From positions 2,429,652 to 2,493,651 of the forward strand of contig OZ244113.1 of the NCBI GenBank assembly GCA_965215685.1: DNA of 64,000 nucleotides, in the 5' to 3' direction. Position 1 is the first letter of the stretch, and every line of letters starts with the position of its first letter. The translations under genes and the position numbers were made by a program. The notes beneath the pieces were generated by a model. That model had not been told where the DNA came from. It did no database searches and worked only from the letters and a program-made list of their open reading frames with translations. This document shows positions 9,674-20,285 of the stretch, piece after piece. Source of the stretch: Chitinophagales bacterium. Its GTDB lineage: Bacteria > Bacteroidota > Bacteroidia > Chitinophagales > JAHQVX01.

Positions 9674-10741
9674 ATGCCACAATTAAAACCAGGTGTTATA
9701 TATGGCGAAGAACTCGCTCAACTACTAAGACATGCTAATGATAACGACTATGCTTTACCTGCTGTAAACGTTGTAGGAACGAATTCGGTAAACGCTGTTT
9801 TAGAAACAGCCAGAGACTTGAATTCTCCGGTAATGATCCAATTTAGTAACGGCGGAGCCACATTCTTTGCGGGCAAGGGCCTTGGTGGAGACGGTCAATT
9901 CAGTGCTATCCAAGGTGGAATATCGGGTGCTTACCATGTAAATAAAATGGCTAAGGCATATGGTGTAACCGTGGTACTTCATACCGACCACTGCGCACGT
10001 AAACTCCTGCCATGGATAGACGGCTTATTGGAATATGGTGAAGCATATTACCAACGACACGGAAGGCCATTGTACAGCTCGCACATGTTAGATCTTAGTG
10101 AAGAACCAATTGAAGAGAACATTGAAACATGTAAACCGTACTTGGAGCGAATGGCAAAAATTGACATGTTCTTAGAAATTGAGTTAGGCGTTACCGGTGG
10201 GGAAGAAGACGGTGTTGACAATACAGATATAGATTCATCAAAACTATATACACAACCCGTTGAAGTAGCCTATGCCTACGAACAGTTGAGCAAGGTTAGT
10301 CCTAACTTTACTGTGGCGGCTGCCTTTGGAAATGTGCATGGGGTATATAAACCAGGTAATGTTAAGCTAACACCTAAAATCCTAGACAATTCTCAGAAGT
10401 ACGTGGAAAAAAAGTATAATACCCGAAAAAACCCGATCAACTTTGTATTCCACGGAGGCTCTGGCAGCAGCCGTGAAGAAATTCGCGAAGCCATTGGTTA
10501 TGGAGCCATTAAAATGAACATTGATACCGATATGCAATGGGCATTTTGGGACGGTGTGCGGGCTTTTGAAGCTGAAAACCGAGGTTATCTCCAAAGCCAA
10601 ATTGGAAACCCTGACGGCGATGATAAGCCTAATAAAAAATTCTACGATCCGCGTAACTGGTTGCGCAAAGCCGAGGTGAGCTTTGTGGAAAGACTTAAAG
10701 GAGCCTTTGAAGACCTTAATTGCGTGAATAGAAATCATTAA
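9674..10741 (+). CDS. fbaA: Fructose-bisphosphate aldolase, class II
   Basis: The track ORF starts at 9629, but MPQLKPGVIYGEE at 9674 is the natural start. HTDHC and FHGGSGS class II motifs are present. Confidence 0.92.
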   Translation: MPQLKPGVIYGEELAQLLRHANDNDYALPAVNVVGTNSVNAVLETARDLNSPVMIQFSNGGATFFAGKGLGGDGQFSAIQGGISGAYHVNKMAKAYGVTVVLHTDHCARKLLPWIDGLLEYGEAYYQRHGRPLYSSHMLDLSEEPIEENIETCKPYLERMAKIDMFLEIELGVTGGEEDGVDNTDIDSSKLYTQPVEVAYAYEQLSKVSPNFTVAAAFGNVHGVYKPGNVKLTPKILDNSQKYVEKKYNTRKNPINFVFHGGSGSSREEIREAIGYGAIKMNIDTDMQWAFWDGVRAFEAENRGYLQSQIGNPDGDDKPNKKFYDPRNWLRKAEVSFVERLKGAFEDLNCVNRNH

Positions 10742-10865
10742 TAAGTAGCATTAAATAAAAGCAGGCACTATGAATCAACTGCCTGCTAAAAAGTTCACTA
10801 ATACTTTAAGAATAATTGCAACTAATTATTAAAACGCTCATCTACTAAAGTATAATAAAATCAGT

Positions 10866-12725
10866 ATGTATAGATTAACATTAATAGTGGCAGCAGCACT
10901 GCTTTTTGCCTCGTGTAATACAATAAAAATTTCAGGAACCGAGGTTGAAAACATGGTGTTTAACTCCATTGATTTGGTCAATGTGGTGGACGACCGGATA
11001 AAGGTGGAAGTTTCTGCCCCGACCATGACCGGTTCTGAAACCATATTTCATTTGCCAGCCATAGTACCCGGTACATACGCAATGAGCAATTTCGGACAGT
11101 TTATATCCGATCTACAGGCAATGGATAAAAAGGACCGCTCCTTAAAAGTTGAACAACTTGACCAAAACTCCTGGAAGATTGAAAAAGCAAATAAATTGGA
11201 CAAAATATCTTACTGGGTTGATGACACTTTCGACTCCGAAAAAGATCATGGCATTTATGTAATGGGTGGAACCAATATTGAAGTGGGTAAAAACTTCTTG
11301 CTAAACCTGTATGGCTTCATCGGTTATTTCAACGGAATGAAAAACACGCCCTATACGATTTCGGTTAAGCACCCTGCTAATTTGTACGAAAGCACTTCTT
11401 TAAAAGCCATAAACAACACAGATAACACTACTGATACCTTTAGAGCTGCCCGATATGAAGAAGTAGCGGATAACCCGTTAATGTATTCTGAAAGCAACAA
11501 TGCCACTTTCAATGTTAGCGGAATTGATGTGAACTTAGTCATATATTCTCCAAATAACATCCATAAAGCATCCGATTTAAAAGACGATCTTGAAAAAATG
11601 ATGCTTGCGCAAACCAAATTTCTGGAAGGCTTTAAAACTACCGATGAATACAATATTTTGGTTTATTTGTTCGATTCAGAAATATATCCCTGGGCTTCTT
11701 TTGGTGCACTGGAGCATACATCTTCAACCACTGTGGTTTTTCCTGAAACGTTTACAAAAGAGATGTTGGCTGAAAGTATGATCAATAATGTAGTCTCACA
11801 TGAGTTTTTTCACATTGTTACGCCATTAGCCATCCATTCAGAAGAAATTCACGACTTTAATTTTAACAACCCGGATATGTCAGCCCACCTTTGGATGTAT
11901 GAGGGTACCACCGAATATTTCGCCAAATTGTTTCAAGTTCAGCAAGGATTAATTGATGCAAATGCCTTTTTGGAACAGATGATAAATAAGGTTGGAAATG
12001 CATCTGTGTATGCCGATGATATGTCGTTTACCGAAATGAGCGAAAATATTTTGAAAGAACCCTATAAATCAAACTATGCCAACGTGTATCAAAAAGGTGC
12101 GTTAATAAGCATGTGCTTAGATCTAATAATGCGCGAAAAGAGCAATGGCAGCAAGGGTTGGCGTGATGTAATGCTTGGCCTGGCACAACGTTACGGAAAA
12201 AATAAACCATTTAAAGATGAAACAATTATTTCCGAAATAACCGAAATGACCTATCCTGAAATAGGTGTGTTTCTGCAAAAACATGTTGTGGGTGGTACGC
12301 CTATTGACTATACATCTTTTCTTAATAAAACAGGGGCTCAGGAATCAGAGAAAATGGTAACAGGCAGCTATTTGATCGATGCCAAAAATACCCCCTTTTT
12401 GGATGGTAACTTAAATGGCTTGTACTTTAGCAGAACAAATGCTGCTTTGGAGCATATTGGAATTCAGGTAGGTGACATATTAAAGTCGGTTGACGATATA
12501 ACCTTAGACCTAACCAGGCAGGAAAGTATTCAAAATGCTATTATGAAATCTTTTTCATGGAAAGAAGGCGATGATATCACCATTGGTATAGAGCGCGACG
12601 GGAAACCGATGGAAATGAAGGGAAAAGCCGTTAAACCACAATATTTGGGTAAAACCACTACCTTTTTAACTTTGCCTGATGACGATCCAAAAAAGAAATT
12701 AAGAAATTCCTGGTTAGGCATATAA
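10866..12725 (+). CDS. M61-type metallopeptidase with C-terminal PDZ-like region (lipoprotein signal)
   Basis: 619 aa. MYRLTLIVAAALLFASC lipobox-like signal, HEFFH zinc motif followed by WMYEGTTEYF, and a C-terminal PDZ-like segment (GIQVGDILKSVDD). Confidence 0.7.
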   Translation: MYRLTLIVAAALLFASCNTIKISGTEVENMVFNSIDLVNVVDDRIKVEVSAPTMTGSETIFHLPAIVPGTYAMSNFGQFISDLQAMDKKDRSLKVEQLDQNSWKIEKANKLDKISYWVDDTFDSEKDHGIYVMGGTNIEVGKNFLLNLYGFIGYFNGMKNTPYTISVKHPANLYESTSLKAINNTDNTTDTFRAARYEEVADNPLMYSESNNATFNVSGIDVNLVIYSPNNIHKASDLKDDLEKMMLAQTKFLEGFKTTDEYNILVYLFDSEIYPWASFGALEHTSSTTVVFPETFTKEMLAESMINNVVSHEFFHIVTPLAIHSEEIHDFNFNNPDMSAHLWMYEGTTEYFAKLFQVQQGLIDANAFLEQMINKVGNASVYADDMSFTEMSENILKEPYKSNYANVYQKGALISMCLDLIMREKSNGSKGWRDVMLGLAQRYGKNKPFKDETIISEITEMTYPEIGVFLQKHVVGGTPIDYTSFLNKTGAQESEKMVTGSYLIDAKNTPFLDGNLNGLYFSRTNAALEHIGIQVGDILKSVDDITLDLTRQESIQNAIMKSFSWKEGDDITIGIERDGKPMEMKGKAVKPQYLGKTTTFLTLPDDDPKKKLRNSWLGI

Positions 12726-12728
12726 GTT

Positions 12729-13949
12729 ATGAACGGAAAGCAGATATTCGATATAACAGTTGTTGGCGGTGGTATTGTTGGTTTGGCCACTGCCTATAAG
12801 ATCCAAAAAGGTCGTCCGGAATTGAAGATCCTTCTGCTGGAGAAAGAAGTAGGCCTAGCCCAGCATCAAACAGGGCACAACAGTGGGGTTATTCACTCCG
12901 GAATTTACTACAAGCCCGGCTCTTATAAAGCTAAAAACTGCGTTTATGGTCGTAAACAAATGGTTGCCTTTGCAAAAGAACATAGCATTGACCACGATGT
13001 ATGCGGTAAAGTAATTGTGGCGGTTGAGGAAAGTGAAATACCTTTCATGAATAAAATATTTGAACATGGCAAGGCTAATGGTGTGGAAGATATCCGGTTA
13101 ATTGATGCTGATGAGATAAAGGAAATAGAACCATCCGTAACCGGTATAGCAGGTATTTGGGTAGGTTGTGCCGGTATTATCGATTATGTAGCCGTGGCAA
13201 AAAAGTTGGCCCAACTAATTCCCCTATTAAACGAAGAAAGTGAAGTAAGGCTTGGCTATGAAGTGCAAGATTTTTCTAAGGTCAATGAGGTAAATGTAGT
13301 ACATACCGATAAAGGCACTTTTCAAACGAAAAAAATGATCTTTTGTGGAGGCTTGTTTGCCGACCGACTGGCACGGCAACAAGGTGTTGAGCTACAGGAA
13401 AGGGTAGTAGGCTTTAGAGGTGATTACTATGAGCTGACAGACAAGGCCAAGCATAAGGTAAATAACTTAATATATCCTGTGCCAAACCCTGAGTTTCCTT
13501 TTCTTGGTGTGCACTTTACACGTATGACCAATGGGGAAATTGAGTGCGGCCCCAACGCAGTCTTTACTTTTAAACGTGAAGGCTATGGCAAAACCGACTT
13601 CAGTTTAAAAGACACCATTGATGCGTTGGGTTATAAAGGAACATGGAAATTGTTCAGGCATAACTGGCGCTTTGGAATAGATGAGTACCGAAGAGCTTTT
13701 TCTAAAGAGCGGTTTTTGAAAACATTGCAACGCCTTATACCAGACCTGGAAATGGACGATCTGAAAGAGGGTAGAAGCGGAGTAAGAGCAATGCTTCTGA
13801 ACAAAGAGGGCGATACACGCGATGATTTTAGGATAGAGTTTGGAAATGACAGTATTCATGTATTAAACGCACCAAGTCCTGCTGCAACAGCAGCTCTGGC
13901 TATTGGCGATGCAGTTTGGGAAATGGCCGGTGAACAATTCAACTTTTAA
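12729..13949 (+). CDS. lhgO: L-2-hydroxyglutarate oxidase (FAD-dependent)
   Basis: 406 aa. N-terminal DITVVGGGIVGLATA dinucleotide fold and overall resemblance to LhgO/YgaF-type oxidases. Confidence 0.8.
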   Translation: MNGKQIFDITVVGGGIVGLATAYKIQKGRPELKILLLEKEVGLAQHQTGHNSGVIHSGIYYKPGSYKAKNCVYGRKQMVAFAKEHSIDHDVCGKVIVAVEESEIPFMNKIFEHGKANGVEDIRLIDADEIKEIEPSVTGIAGIWVGCAGIIDYVAVAKKLAQLIPLLNEESEVRLGYEVQDFSKVNEVNVVHTDKGTFQTKKMIFCGGLFADRLARQQGVELQERVVGFRGDYYELTDKAKHKVNNLIYPVPNPEFPFLGVHFTRMTNGEIECGPNAVFTFKREGYGKTDFSLKDTIDALGYKGTWKLFRHNWRFGIDEYRRAFSKERFLKTLQRLIPDLEMDDLKEGRSGVRAMLLNKEGDTRDDFRIEFGNDSIHVLNAPSPAATAALAIGDAVWEMAGEQFNF

Positions 13950-13971
13950 ATTGATTTTAACCTACATCTTT

Positions 13972-15951
13972 ATGAGAGCTAAGGTTCTTTTTCTTTTTTT
14001 CTTTATCTGGACATACAGTACATCCGCACAGGTAACAGTTGATTCTGTAGTAGTAACCGGAAGTAAAATTCCGCTTACTTTGGATAAACTACCCCGACAG
14101 GTAACCATTATAAATGCTCAGGAGATCAATGAAATACCGGGGCACGGACTCAATGAGATATTAGAGGTTGCCTTAGGTGCCGATATTCGACAACGCGGCC
14201 CATTTGATATACAGGCCGATGCAGGAATTCGTGGAGGAACATTTGAACAAACATTAATATTGGTTAACGGTATTAAAATGACCGATGCACAGACAGGGCA
14301 TCACAACCTAAATCTTCCTGTAACCAGGAGCCGGATTGAAAGAATTGAGATTTTACAAGGCGGCGGCTCAAGGCTGTTCGGAGCTAATGCATTTTCCGGA
14401 ATAATAAATATTATCCTTAAAGAAAATGTTCCCAACCAAATTCAGCTTAACCTTCAGGGTGGTGAAAACGATTTGATCCGTGGTGGAGGGCACCTTTCAT
14501 ATAACGGCTGGAAAGCAGGGTATGAAAAAAGTAAAAGTAACGGATATATTACTAATACCGACTTCGATCAAAACCGGTTGTATGTACAGAAGGATTTATA
14601 CACCGGCGTCAACCTGTTACAGTTTTATGCGGCTCAGGAAAGTAAAGATTTTGGTGCGCAAAAATTCTATAGTTCAAGGTTTCCTGATCAATTTGAAGCG
14701 ACCAAAACACAATTTGCATCGGCAAAAATATCGGGTGGACACAAAGTAAGTTACAATGCCGCAGCCTATTTACGCCGCCATACCGACAGGTTTGAACTGT
14801 TTAGAGAGAGCGATGGCTTTTACCGCAAGGAAGGTGATGTTTATGTGAGAAACAGCACGGATACGGCTAAATTTGTTCCCGGTGTTTTCGCTGCCTGGAA
14901 TTATTACTCAGGCCATAACTATCACAGATCCATTGGCAGCGGACTAAATGCCAACATCTCGCGTAATTGGAACGATCAACATGCATCTTCCATTGGTCTT
15001 GAAGGCAGATATGAAGATGTAAGAAGCAATGTATTGGGAGAGCCCATGGACATTCCAATTGAAGTGCCGGGTGAAGATGCTCAGTTTTTAAGATCAGCCA
15101 ACAGATATGATATTTCACTTTACCTGGAACACCAGTTGAATTCGGGCAATTGGAATGTATCAGGTGGTACAATGGCATATCATAACAGTGATTATGGATT
15201 TCAACTATTCCCCGGCCTTGACGCAGCGTATAAGATCAATCATTTATCAACGGTATTCGCATCGGTAAATCGCTCCTTCCGATTGCCTTCTTATACCGAT
15301 CTGTATTACAGCCTGGGCGGAGCTGAAGGCAGCAAGGATCTGAAACCTGAATTTTCAATGAACTATGAACTGGGTTTTAGAAGGTTGGCAAAAAACCAAA
15401 CCTGGAATGCATCATTTTTCAGAAGAAGCGGACGGGACTTGATAGATTGGGTAATTAAGCCAAATGATACGGTACTGCGTGCATCAAATATTACGGAGTT
15501 GGATGTTAACGGAATTGACTCAGAATGGAAATTCCGAAATCCAAATGAAAATGATCAAGGATTAAAACTCAGCACCCAACGAATCGGTTACAGTTTTTTA
15601 TGGAGCGATCAGGTTGATTTTCCATTTGAATCGCTATACGTGCTTGATTTTCTGTCGCACAAGCTGGCCTTACAAACTACATTATCCTATGGTTCCAACT
15701 GGTACCTCAATCTTTCCAATAATTTTCAGGATAGAAAAGGAAGTTACCAAAACAATACCGGGCAAACTGTTGATCACAAACCCTTTTTATTGACTAATGC
15801 ACGGCTTAAGTATTCAAAGCATAGATTTGAAGCTTTCGTAAATGCTAGTAACCTTTTTAATGTCGATTATTTTGATAGAACAGATGTAGCCCAGCCGGGA
15901 CGATGGATAACCGGTGGATTGAACTATACATTTGACTTAACTCCGAAATAG
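13972..15951 (+). CDS. TonB-dependent receptor (small, BtuB-sized)
   Basis: The track ORF starts at 13903 inside lhgO. Met at 13972 gives the signal peptide MRAKVLFLFFFIWTYSTSAQ. Plug domain (IRGGTFEQTLILVNGIKMTD) and a C-terminal beta-barrel ending in an aromatic-rich strand. Confidence 0.85.
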   Translation: MRAKVLFLFFFIWTYSTSAQVTVDSVVVTGSKIPLTLDKLPRQVTIINAQEINEIPGHGLNEILEVALGADIRQRGPFDIQADAGIRGGTFEQTLILVNGIKMTDAQTGHHNLNLPVTRSRIERIEILQGGGSRLFGANAFSGIINIILKENVPNQIQLNLQGGENDLIRGGGHLSYNGWKAGYEKSKSNGYITNTDFDQNRLYVQKDLYTGVNLLQFYAAQESKDFGAQKFYSSRFPDQFEATKTQFASAKISGGHKVSYNAAAYLRRHTDRFELFRESDGFYRKEGDVYVRNSTDTAKFVPGVFAAWNYYSGHNYHRSIGSGLNANISRNWNDQHASSIGLEGRYEDVRSNVLGEPMDIPIEVPGEDAQFLRSANRYDISLYLEHQLNSGNWNVSGGTMAYHNSDYGFQLFPGLDAAYKINHLSTVFASVNRSFRLPSYTDLYYSLGGAEGSKDLKPEFSMNYELGFRRLAKNQTWNASFFRRSGRDLIDWVIKPNDTVLRASNITELDVNGIDSEWKFRNPNENDQGLKLSTQRIGYSFLWSDQVDFPFESLYVLDFLSHKLALQTTLSYGSNWYLNLSNNFQDRKGSYQNNTGQTVDHKPFLLTNARLKYSKHRFEAFVNASNLFNVDYFDRTDVAQPGRWITGGLNYTFDLTPK

Positions 15952-15957
15952 GTAGGT

Positions 15958-16087
15958 TGTTTTCGCTGGCGAAAACATTCGTGTAATTCGTTGAATTCTC
16001 ATAAACAGAGATACAAAACGAGATGTCAAAATCTGAGTTGCCACATGTCTACTTAGCTTTCATAGTGCCACACTCTAATTCGTGGTT
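15958..16087. repeat. Rearranged copy of the ATTCGTG-type element (A3)
   Basis: GTTTTCGC-tg-GCGAAAAC hairpin followed by ATTCGTGtAATTCGTTG, ending ...CTCTAATTCGTGGTTTAAAAAAAA. Shares CTGAGTTGCCA with copy A1. Lies between the convergent TBDR and ldcA genes. Confidence 0.45.
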
Positions 16088-16112
16088 TAAAAAAAAAGAT
16101 AGGCTTTCTCCT

Positions 16113-17012
16113 TCACTCAAAAGCCAAAGTTGTCCTTCTTTCACTCACACTCAAATCAGCTTTTCTGCCCAAAATAAGAGCTCTATTATCCTTAATATGC
16201 CCGGCAGGAAAGCCATAAGCTACAGGAAAATGGTACGATTGAACATGTTCAGCAACAATTTCCTGAGCATTTTTTCCAAATGGAATGGTATTATCATTCA
16301 TACTGGTTAAGCCACCAACTAAAAGCCCGGCCAGTTTATGTATCATGCCTGCCCGTTTCAGGGCCATCATCATTCTGTCAACATGGTACAGGTATTCATC
16401 TAAGTCTTCAATGAAAAGGATTTTACCCTCCGTATTTAACTGAGATGAACTACCCAAAAGGCTATAAAGAATAGATAGATTGCCACCGACCAATTCGCCG
16501 CTTGCATGACCGGAACTATTATAAGGATGTCCCGGCACAGTACAACTCACTTTCGCGCCAAAAAGAGCCGCCTTCATACTCTCCAGCGATTCTTCAAAGG
16601 TTGATTTGAACGAAATAGGCATGGTGCAATGCATGGTTTCAATACCAAAGTTTTGGTTTACATGATTGTGTATCACGCATACATCACTAAATCCGCACAA
16701 CCACTTTGGATTCTCAATGAAATTCTCAAAGCTCAGCTTATCCAAAATTCTCACCGTTCCATAGCCACCCCTTGCAAAGATCACTGCATCTATATCAGTA
16801 CTATCCAGCATAAACTGCATATCGCGTAGGCGAAGCTCATCGCTGCCGGCATATTGGTTCAATTCTGCGCCTATAGTTTCACCCACAACCACTCGCAATC
16901 CCCATGAGTTTAACGTGTCAATACCATACTGCAGATCTTCCCGGCTGTACATTCTGGCCGTTGATACAATACCAACTGTATCATTCGCTTTTAAATAAGG
17001 AGGAGTTTTCAT
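16113..17012 (-). CDS. ldcA: LD-carboxypeptidase (peptidase S66, muramoyltetrapeptide carboxypeptidase)
   Basis: 299 aa. GFSD nucleophile motif (LCGFSDVCVIHN) and conserved C-terminal GHxxxN region. Confidence 0.85.
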   Translation of the reverse strand: MKTPPYLKANDTVGIVSTARMYSREDLQYGIDTLNSWGLRVVVGETIGAELNQYAGSDELRLRDMQFMLDSTDIDAVIFARGGYGTVRILDKLSFENFIENPKWLCGFSDVCVIHNHVNQNFGIETMHCTMPISFKSTFEESLESMKAALFGAKVSCTVPGHPYNSSGHASGELVGGNLSILYSLLGSSSQLNTEGKILFIEDLDEYLYHVDRMMMALKRAGMIHKLAGLLVGGLTSMNDNTIPFGKNAQEIVAEHVQSYHFPVAYGFPAGHIKDNRALILGRKADLSVSERRTTLAFE

Positions 17013-17054
17013 TGGGCTTAAGTTAGTATTTTAGCGGCAGTTAACCTTCTTTTT

Positions 17055-17930
17055 ATGGCAAAGTATTCTATACGCGAAGTAGAAACAATAACTGGTATAA
17101 AAGCACACACCTTGCGCATTTGGGAAAAAAGATTTGGAATTCCTAATCCTGACCGAACCCAAACTAATATTAGGTTCTATAACGATGAAGAGTTAAAATA
17201 TCTGTTGAACATTGCCCTGCTTACGAGTGAAGGATATCGTATTTCAAAAATAGCCCAGTATTCACCACCTGAGTTGTCGGGTTTTGTAAAAGACCAGGAA
17301 AAGTATTTGGCTGAGGAGGACTTGAGCGTAAATAGAATGCTTATTGCCATGGTAGAGTTTAACGCGCAAGGAATTAAAAAAGTTATAGAAGATGCTAAAT
17401 CATCTGTTGGATTTGACCGCACAGTAACCGAAATAATTTTTCCATTTTTAGAGAGGTTAGGCCTGCTATGGCAACTGGGAGAGGTTACACCGGCCCACGA
17501 ACATTTCGTATCCAATATATTTAGGGCCTGGCTAATTGGAGCAACGGAAAAGCTGGAAACCCTTAATCCTTTGGGTAAAACATGTGTTTTGTCTTTACCG
17601 GAAAACGAATGGCACGAGTTGGGTTTAATCTATAGTAGTTTTCTACTTAAAAAAAGTGGATTTACTGTGTTGTATTTAGGCCAGTCGGTACCTGTAACAT
17701 CTTTAAATCGAACGTTAGAAACCGTTAATCCAGCCTTTGTAATAACAGGGTTTATCAGTCCGCGCGAAGCAGATGAAATAAATGATTATATTAATGCTGT
17801 TGATTTTGAAGCTCCTATATATATTGCTTTATCGAAACAAAATGAAAATAAACTCACACCCAAAAACAACACTTTCATTATTAGGTCGCACAAGAATTTG
17901 AAAGATCTTTTACAATCTCACATTGTTTAA
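17055..17930 (+). CDS. MerR-family regulator with CarH/LitR-type cobalamin-binding domain
   Basis: N-terminal MerR HTH (YSIREVETITGIKAHTLRIWEKRFG). W139-x9-E149-H150 (LLWQLGEVTPAHEH) and E-W-H187-E-L-G match the Wx9EH and ExHxxG motifs of B12 photoreceptors. Sits directly upstream of the crt operon. Confidence 0.7.
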   Translation: MAKYSIREVETITGIKAHTLRIWEKRFGIPNPDRTQTNIRFYNDEELKYLLNIALLTSEGYRISKIAQYSPPELSGFVKDQEKYLAEEDLSVNRMLIAMVEFNAQGIKKVIEDAKSSVGFDRTVTEIIFPFLERLGLLWQLGEVTPAHEHFVSNIFRAWLIGATEKLETLNPLGKTCVLSLPENEWHELGLIYSSFLLKKSGFTVLYLGQSVPVTSLNRTLETVNPAFVITGFISPREADEINDYINAVDFEAPIYIALSKQNENKLTPKNNTFIIRSHKNLKDLLQSHIV

Positions 17931-17973
17931 TTTTTTTTAAAAAAAATTAAACAAAATGCGCTAACTTAGAAGT

Positions 17974-19452
17974 GTGAAAAGCGCATCCAACCCAAGCGTG
18001 GTTATAATAGGAGCTGGATTTTCTGGTCTTGCAGCGGCAATATGTTTAGCCGATGAAGGATATATTGTAACCGTGGTTGAAAAGAATGAACAGGCAGGTG
18101 GAAGAGCAAGGCAATTTTCTACTGATGGATTTACGTTCGATATGGGTCCGAGTTGGTATTGGATGCCTGACGTTTTCGAGTCTTTCTACAAAAGATTTGG
18201 ATATACGACATCTGATTTTTATACACTGAAAAGGTTAGATCCATCTTATAAAATCTTTTGGCAGGATGAAGCATTAGAAGTTCCTGCTGGAATCGAAGCT
18301 CTTAGCAATTTGTTTGAAAAGTATGAGCCCGGGGCGGCTAAGAACTTAAAACTATTTCTTCAACAGGCCCATCAAATGTATGAAACCAGTATGGATGACA
18401 TGGTATTTCTTCCGGGCCATAGTATTTGGGAATATGCTCAGGCACGTGTGCTAAAGGCAGCTTTTAAAATGAATATTTTTTCTTCTTTTCACAGCTATAT
18501 CCGAAAGTTCTTTAAGCATCCCAAATTACTTCAAATGCTTGAGTTTCCTGTACTTTTTCTTGGGGCTACTGCACGACAAACCCCTGCTATGTACAGTTTA
18601 ATGAACTATGGCGATATGGTTTTGGGAACGTGGTACCCGGAAGGAGGAATGTACGAAATAGTTAAAGCTCTGATGAAAATTGCCAGGTCAAAAGGTGTGG
18701 AGTTCAGGTTTGGTGAAGCAGCAGAATCAGTTCATTGCCAAAAGAAATTTGCTGTCGGCGTGCAAACTTCAAGGCAGATTTATTCATGTGATTATGTGGT
18801 AGCCTCGGCCGATTATCAATTTGTAGAACAAAATTTGTTACCGCCTGGTTACCGGCAATACTCCAAAACATATTGGAATAAAAGAGCCATGTCACCTTCT
18901 GCCTTAATTTTTTATTTGGGTATAGAAGGAAAATTGGACGGACTAAAGCATCATAACCTGTTTTTTGATGCAGATTTTGGTAAACATTCTCATCAGCTGT
19001 ATAATAAGATTAGTTGGCCCGACAACCCGCTTTTTTATGTTTGTAATGCCTCAAAATCAGATCCTGGCATGGCACCGTTGGGTCATGAAAATTTGTTTGT
19101 GCTAATACCTGTTGCCCCGGGTCTTTCGGGTAATGACGAAATCCATAACCATTATTTTGAACAGATTGTACGTCGAATAGAAAACCATACACAACAAAAA
19201 TTGGGTAAAGTAGTATATAAAAAAGCCTATGCCCACCAACACTTTATTGAAGATTACAATGCATTTAAAGGTAATGCTTATGGCTTGGCAAATACACTAA
19301 AACAAACAGCTGTACTTAAACCTAAACTGAAAAACAAACTGTTAAATAATTTCTATTATACAGGGCAACTAACCGTACCCGGGCCCGGTGTGCCCCCTTC
19401 ATTAATATCTGGCCAGATTGCTGCTAATGAGATAATTAAAGCGCGAGCATGA
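17974..19452 (+). CDS. crtI: Phytoene desaturase
   Basis: 492 aa with GTG start. VVIIGAGFSGLAAA FAD fold and a C-terminal LTVPGPGVPPSLISG motif. Confidence 0.92.
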   Translation: MKSASNPSVVIIGAGFSGLAAAICLADEGYIVTVVEKNEQAGGRARQFSTDGFTFDMGPSWYWMPDVFESFYKRFGYTTSDFYTLKRLDPSYKIFWQDEALEVPAGIEALSNLFEKYEPGAAKNLKLFLQQAHQMYETSMDDMVFLPGHSIWEYAQARVLKAAFKMNIFSSFHSYIRKFFKHPKLLQMLEFPVLFLGATARQTPAMYSLMNYGDMVLGTWYPEGGMYEIVKALMKIARSKGVEFRFGEAAESVHCQKKFAVGVQTSRQIYSCDYVVASADYQFVEQNLLPPGYRQYSKTYWNKRAMSPSALIFYLGIEGKLDGLKHHNLFFDADFGKHSHQLYNKISWPDNPLFYVCNASKSDPGMAPLGHENLFVLIPVAPGLSGNDEIHNHYFEQIVRRIENHTQQKLGKVVYKKAYAHQHFIEDYNAFKGNAYGLANTLKQTAVLKPKLKNKLLNNFYYTGQLTVPGPGVPPSLISGQIAANEIIKARA

Positions 19453-20285
19453 AGCAAATGTTTGATGACATATCATTTAAGACAGCAAAAAGCATTACAA
19501 AAAAGTACAGTACTTCTTTTTCTATAGGCACAAGACTTTTTAATAAACGAGTGAGAAAAGACGTTTATGCCATTTATGGTTTTGTAAGGGTTGCCGATGA
19601 AATAGTTGACTCTTTTCACAACTATGATAAACAAACTTTACTTCATCAATACCGTAGTGAAACTTACAATGCTTTAGAACGGGGAATTAGTACAAACCCG
19701 GTGATTAATGCCTTTCAGGATGTTGTGGTTAGAAACTCGATCGGCCGCGATCTTATTGAAGCTTTTTTTTCCAGCATGGAAAAAGACTTGGAATTAGATT
19801 ACTTTAAAGAACAGGATTATAAAAGCTATATCTATGGTTCGGCAGAAGTAGTTGGCTTAATGTGTCTCAAAGTTTTTTGCGAAGGATTGGAACATAAATA
19901 CAACGAACTGAAGTCGTATGCGAAGAGCCTTGGCGCGGCATTTCAAAAAGTTAATTTCTTACGCGATATAAGAGATGACTTTCATGATTTAGGACGGACG
20001 TATTTTCCCAATCTCGATCTAACTGATTTTTCCGAAACTGAAAAAGGCGCTATAGTAGGTGATATAAAAAACGATTTTAAACATGCATACGCGGGAATCA
20101 AAAAATTACCGCACGGAAGTAAGCTCGGAGTGTATGTAGCCTATGTTTACTATAGAAATTTGCTAAGAAAAGTTGAAAAAAGAAAAGCTAAAGAATTGAT
20201 GAAAAGGCGTATTAGAATTCCAAATGGAAGAAAATTATATCTGTTAATGAAAAGCTATTTTAATTATAAACTTAAAAGAGTTTAG
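19449..20285 (+). CDS. crtB: Phytoene synthase
   Basis: 278 aa. Asp-rich motifs (VADEIVD, LRDIRDD). 4-nt overlap with the crtI stop. Confidence 0.92.
   Translation: MKQMFDDISFKTAKSITKKYSTSFSIGTRLFNKRVRKDVYAIYGFVRVADEIVDSFHNYDKQTLLHQYRSETYNALERGISTNPVINAFQDVVVRNSIGRDLIEAFFSSMEKDLELDYFKEQDYKSYIYGSAEVVGLMCLKVFCEGLEHKYNELKSYAKSLGAAFQKVNFLRDIRDDFHDLGRTYFPNLDLTDFSETEKGAIVGDIKNDFKHAYAGIKKLPHGSKLGVYVAYVYYRNLLRKVEKRKAKELMKRRIRIPNGRKLYLLMKSYFNYKLKRV

Noticed and set aside
10761-10786. Hairpin GCAGGCA-N12-TGCCTGC after fba as a terminator
   Set aside because: It has only a 7-bp stem, a 12-nt loop and no following T-tract. Not convincing as an intrinsic terminator.
13903-13971. Track start codons that extend ORFs into upstream genes (13903 for the TBDR, 20742 for the SRPBCC gene, 9629 for fba)
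   Set aside because: Downstream Met codons (13972, 20811, 9674) give a signal peptide or canonical N-terminus and remove the long overlaps with the preceding genes.
16023-16310. 95-aa plus-strand ORF
   Set aside because: It starts in the repeat-containing spacer and runs antisense into the ldcA 3' end. No features of a real gene.
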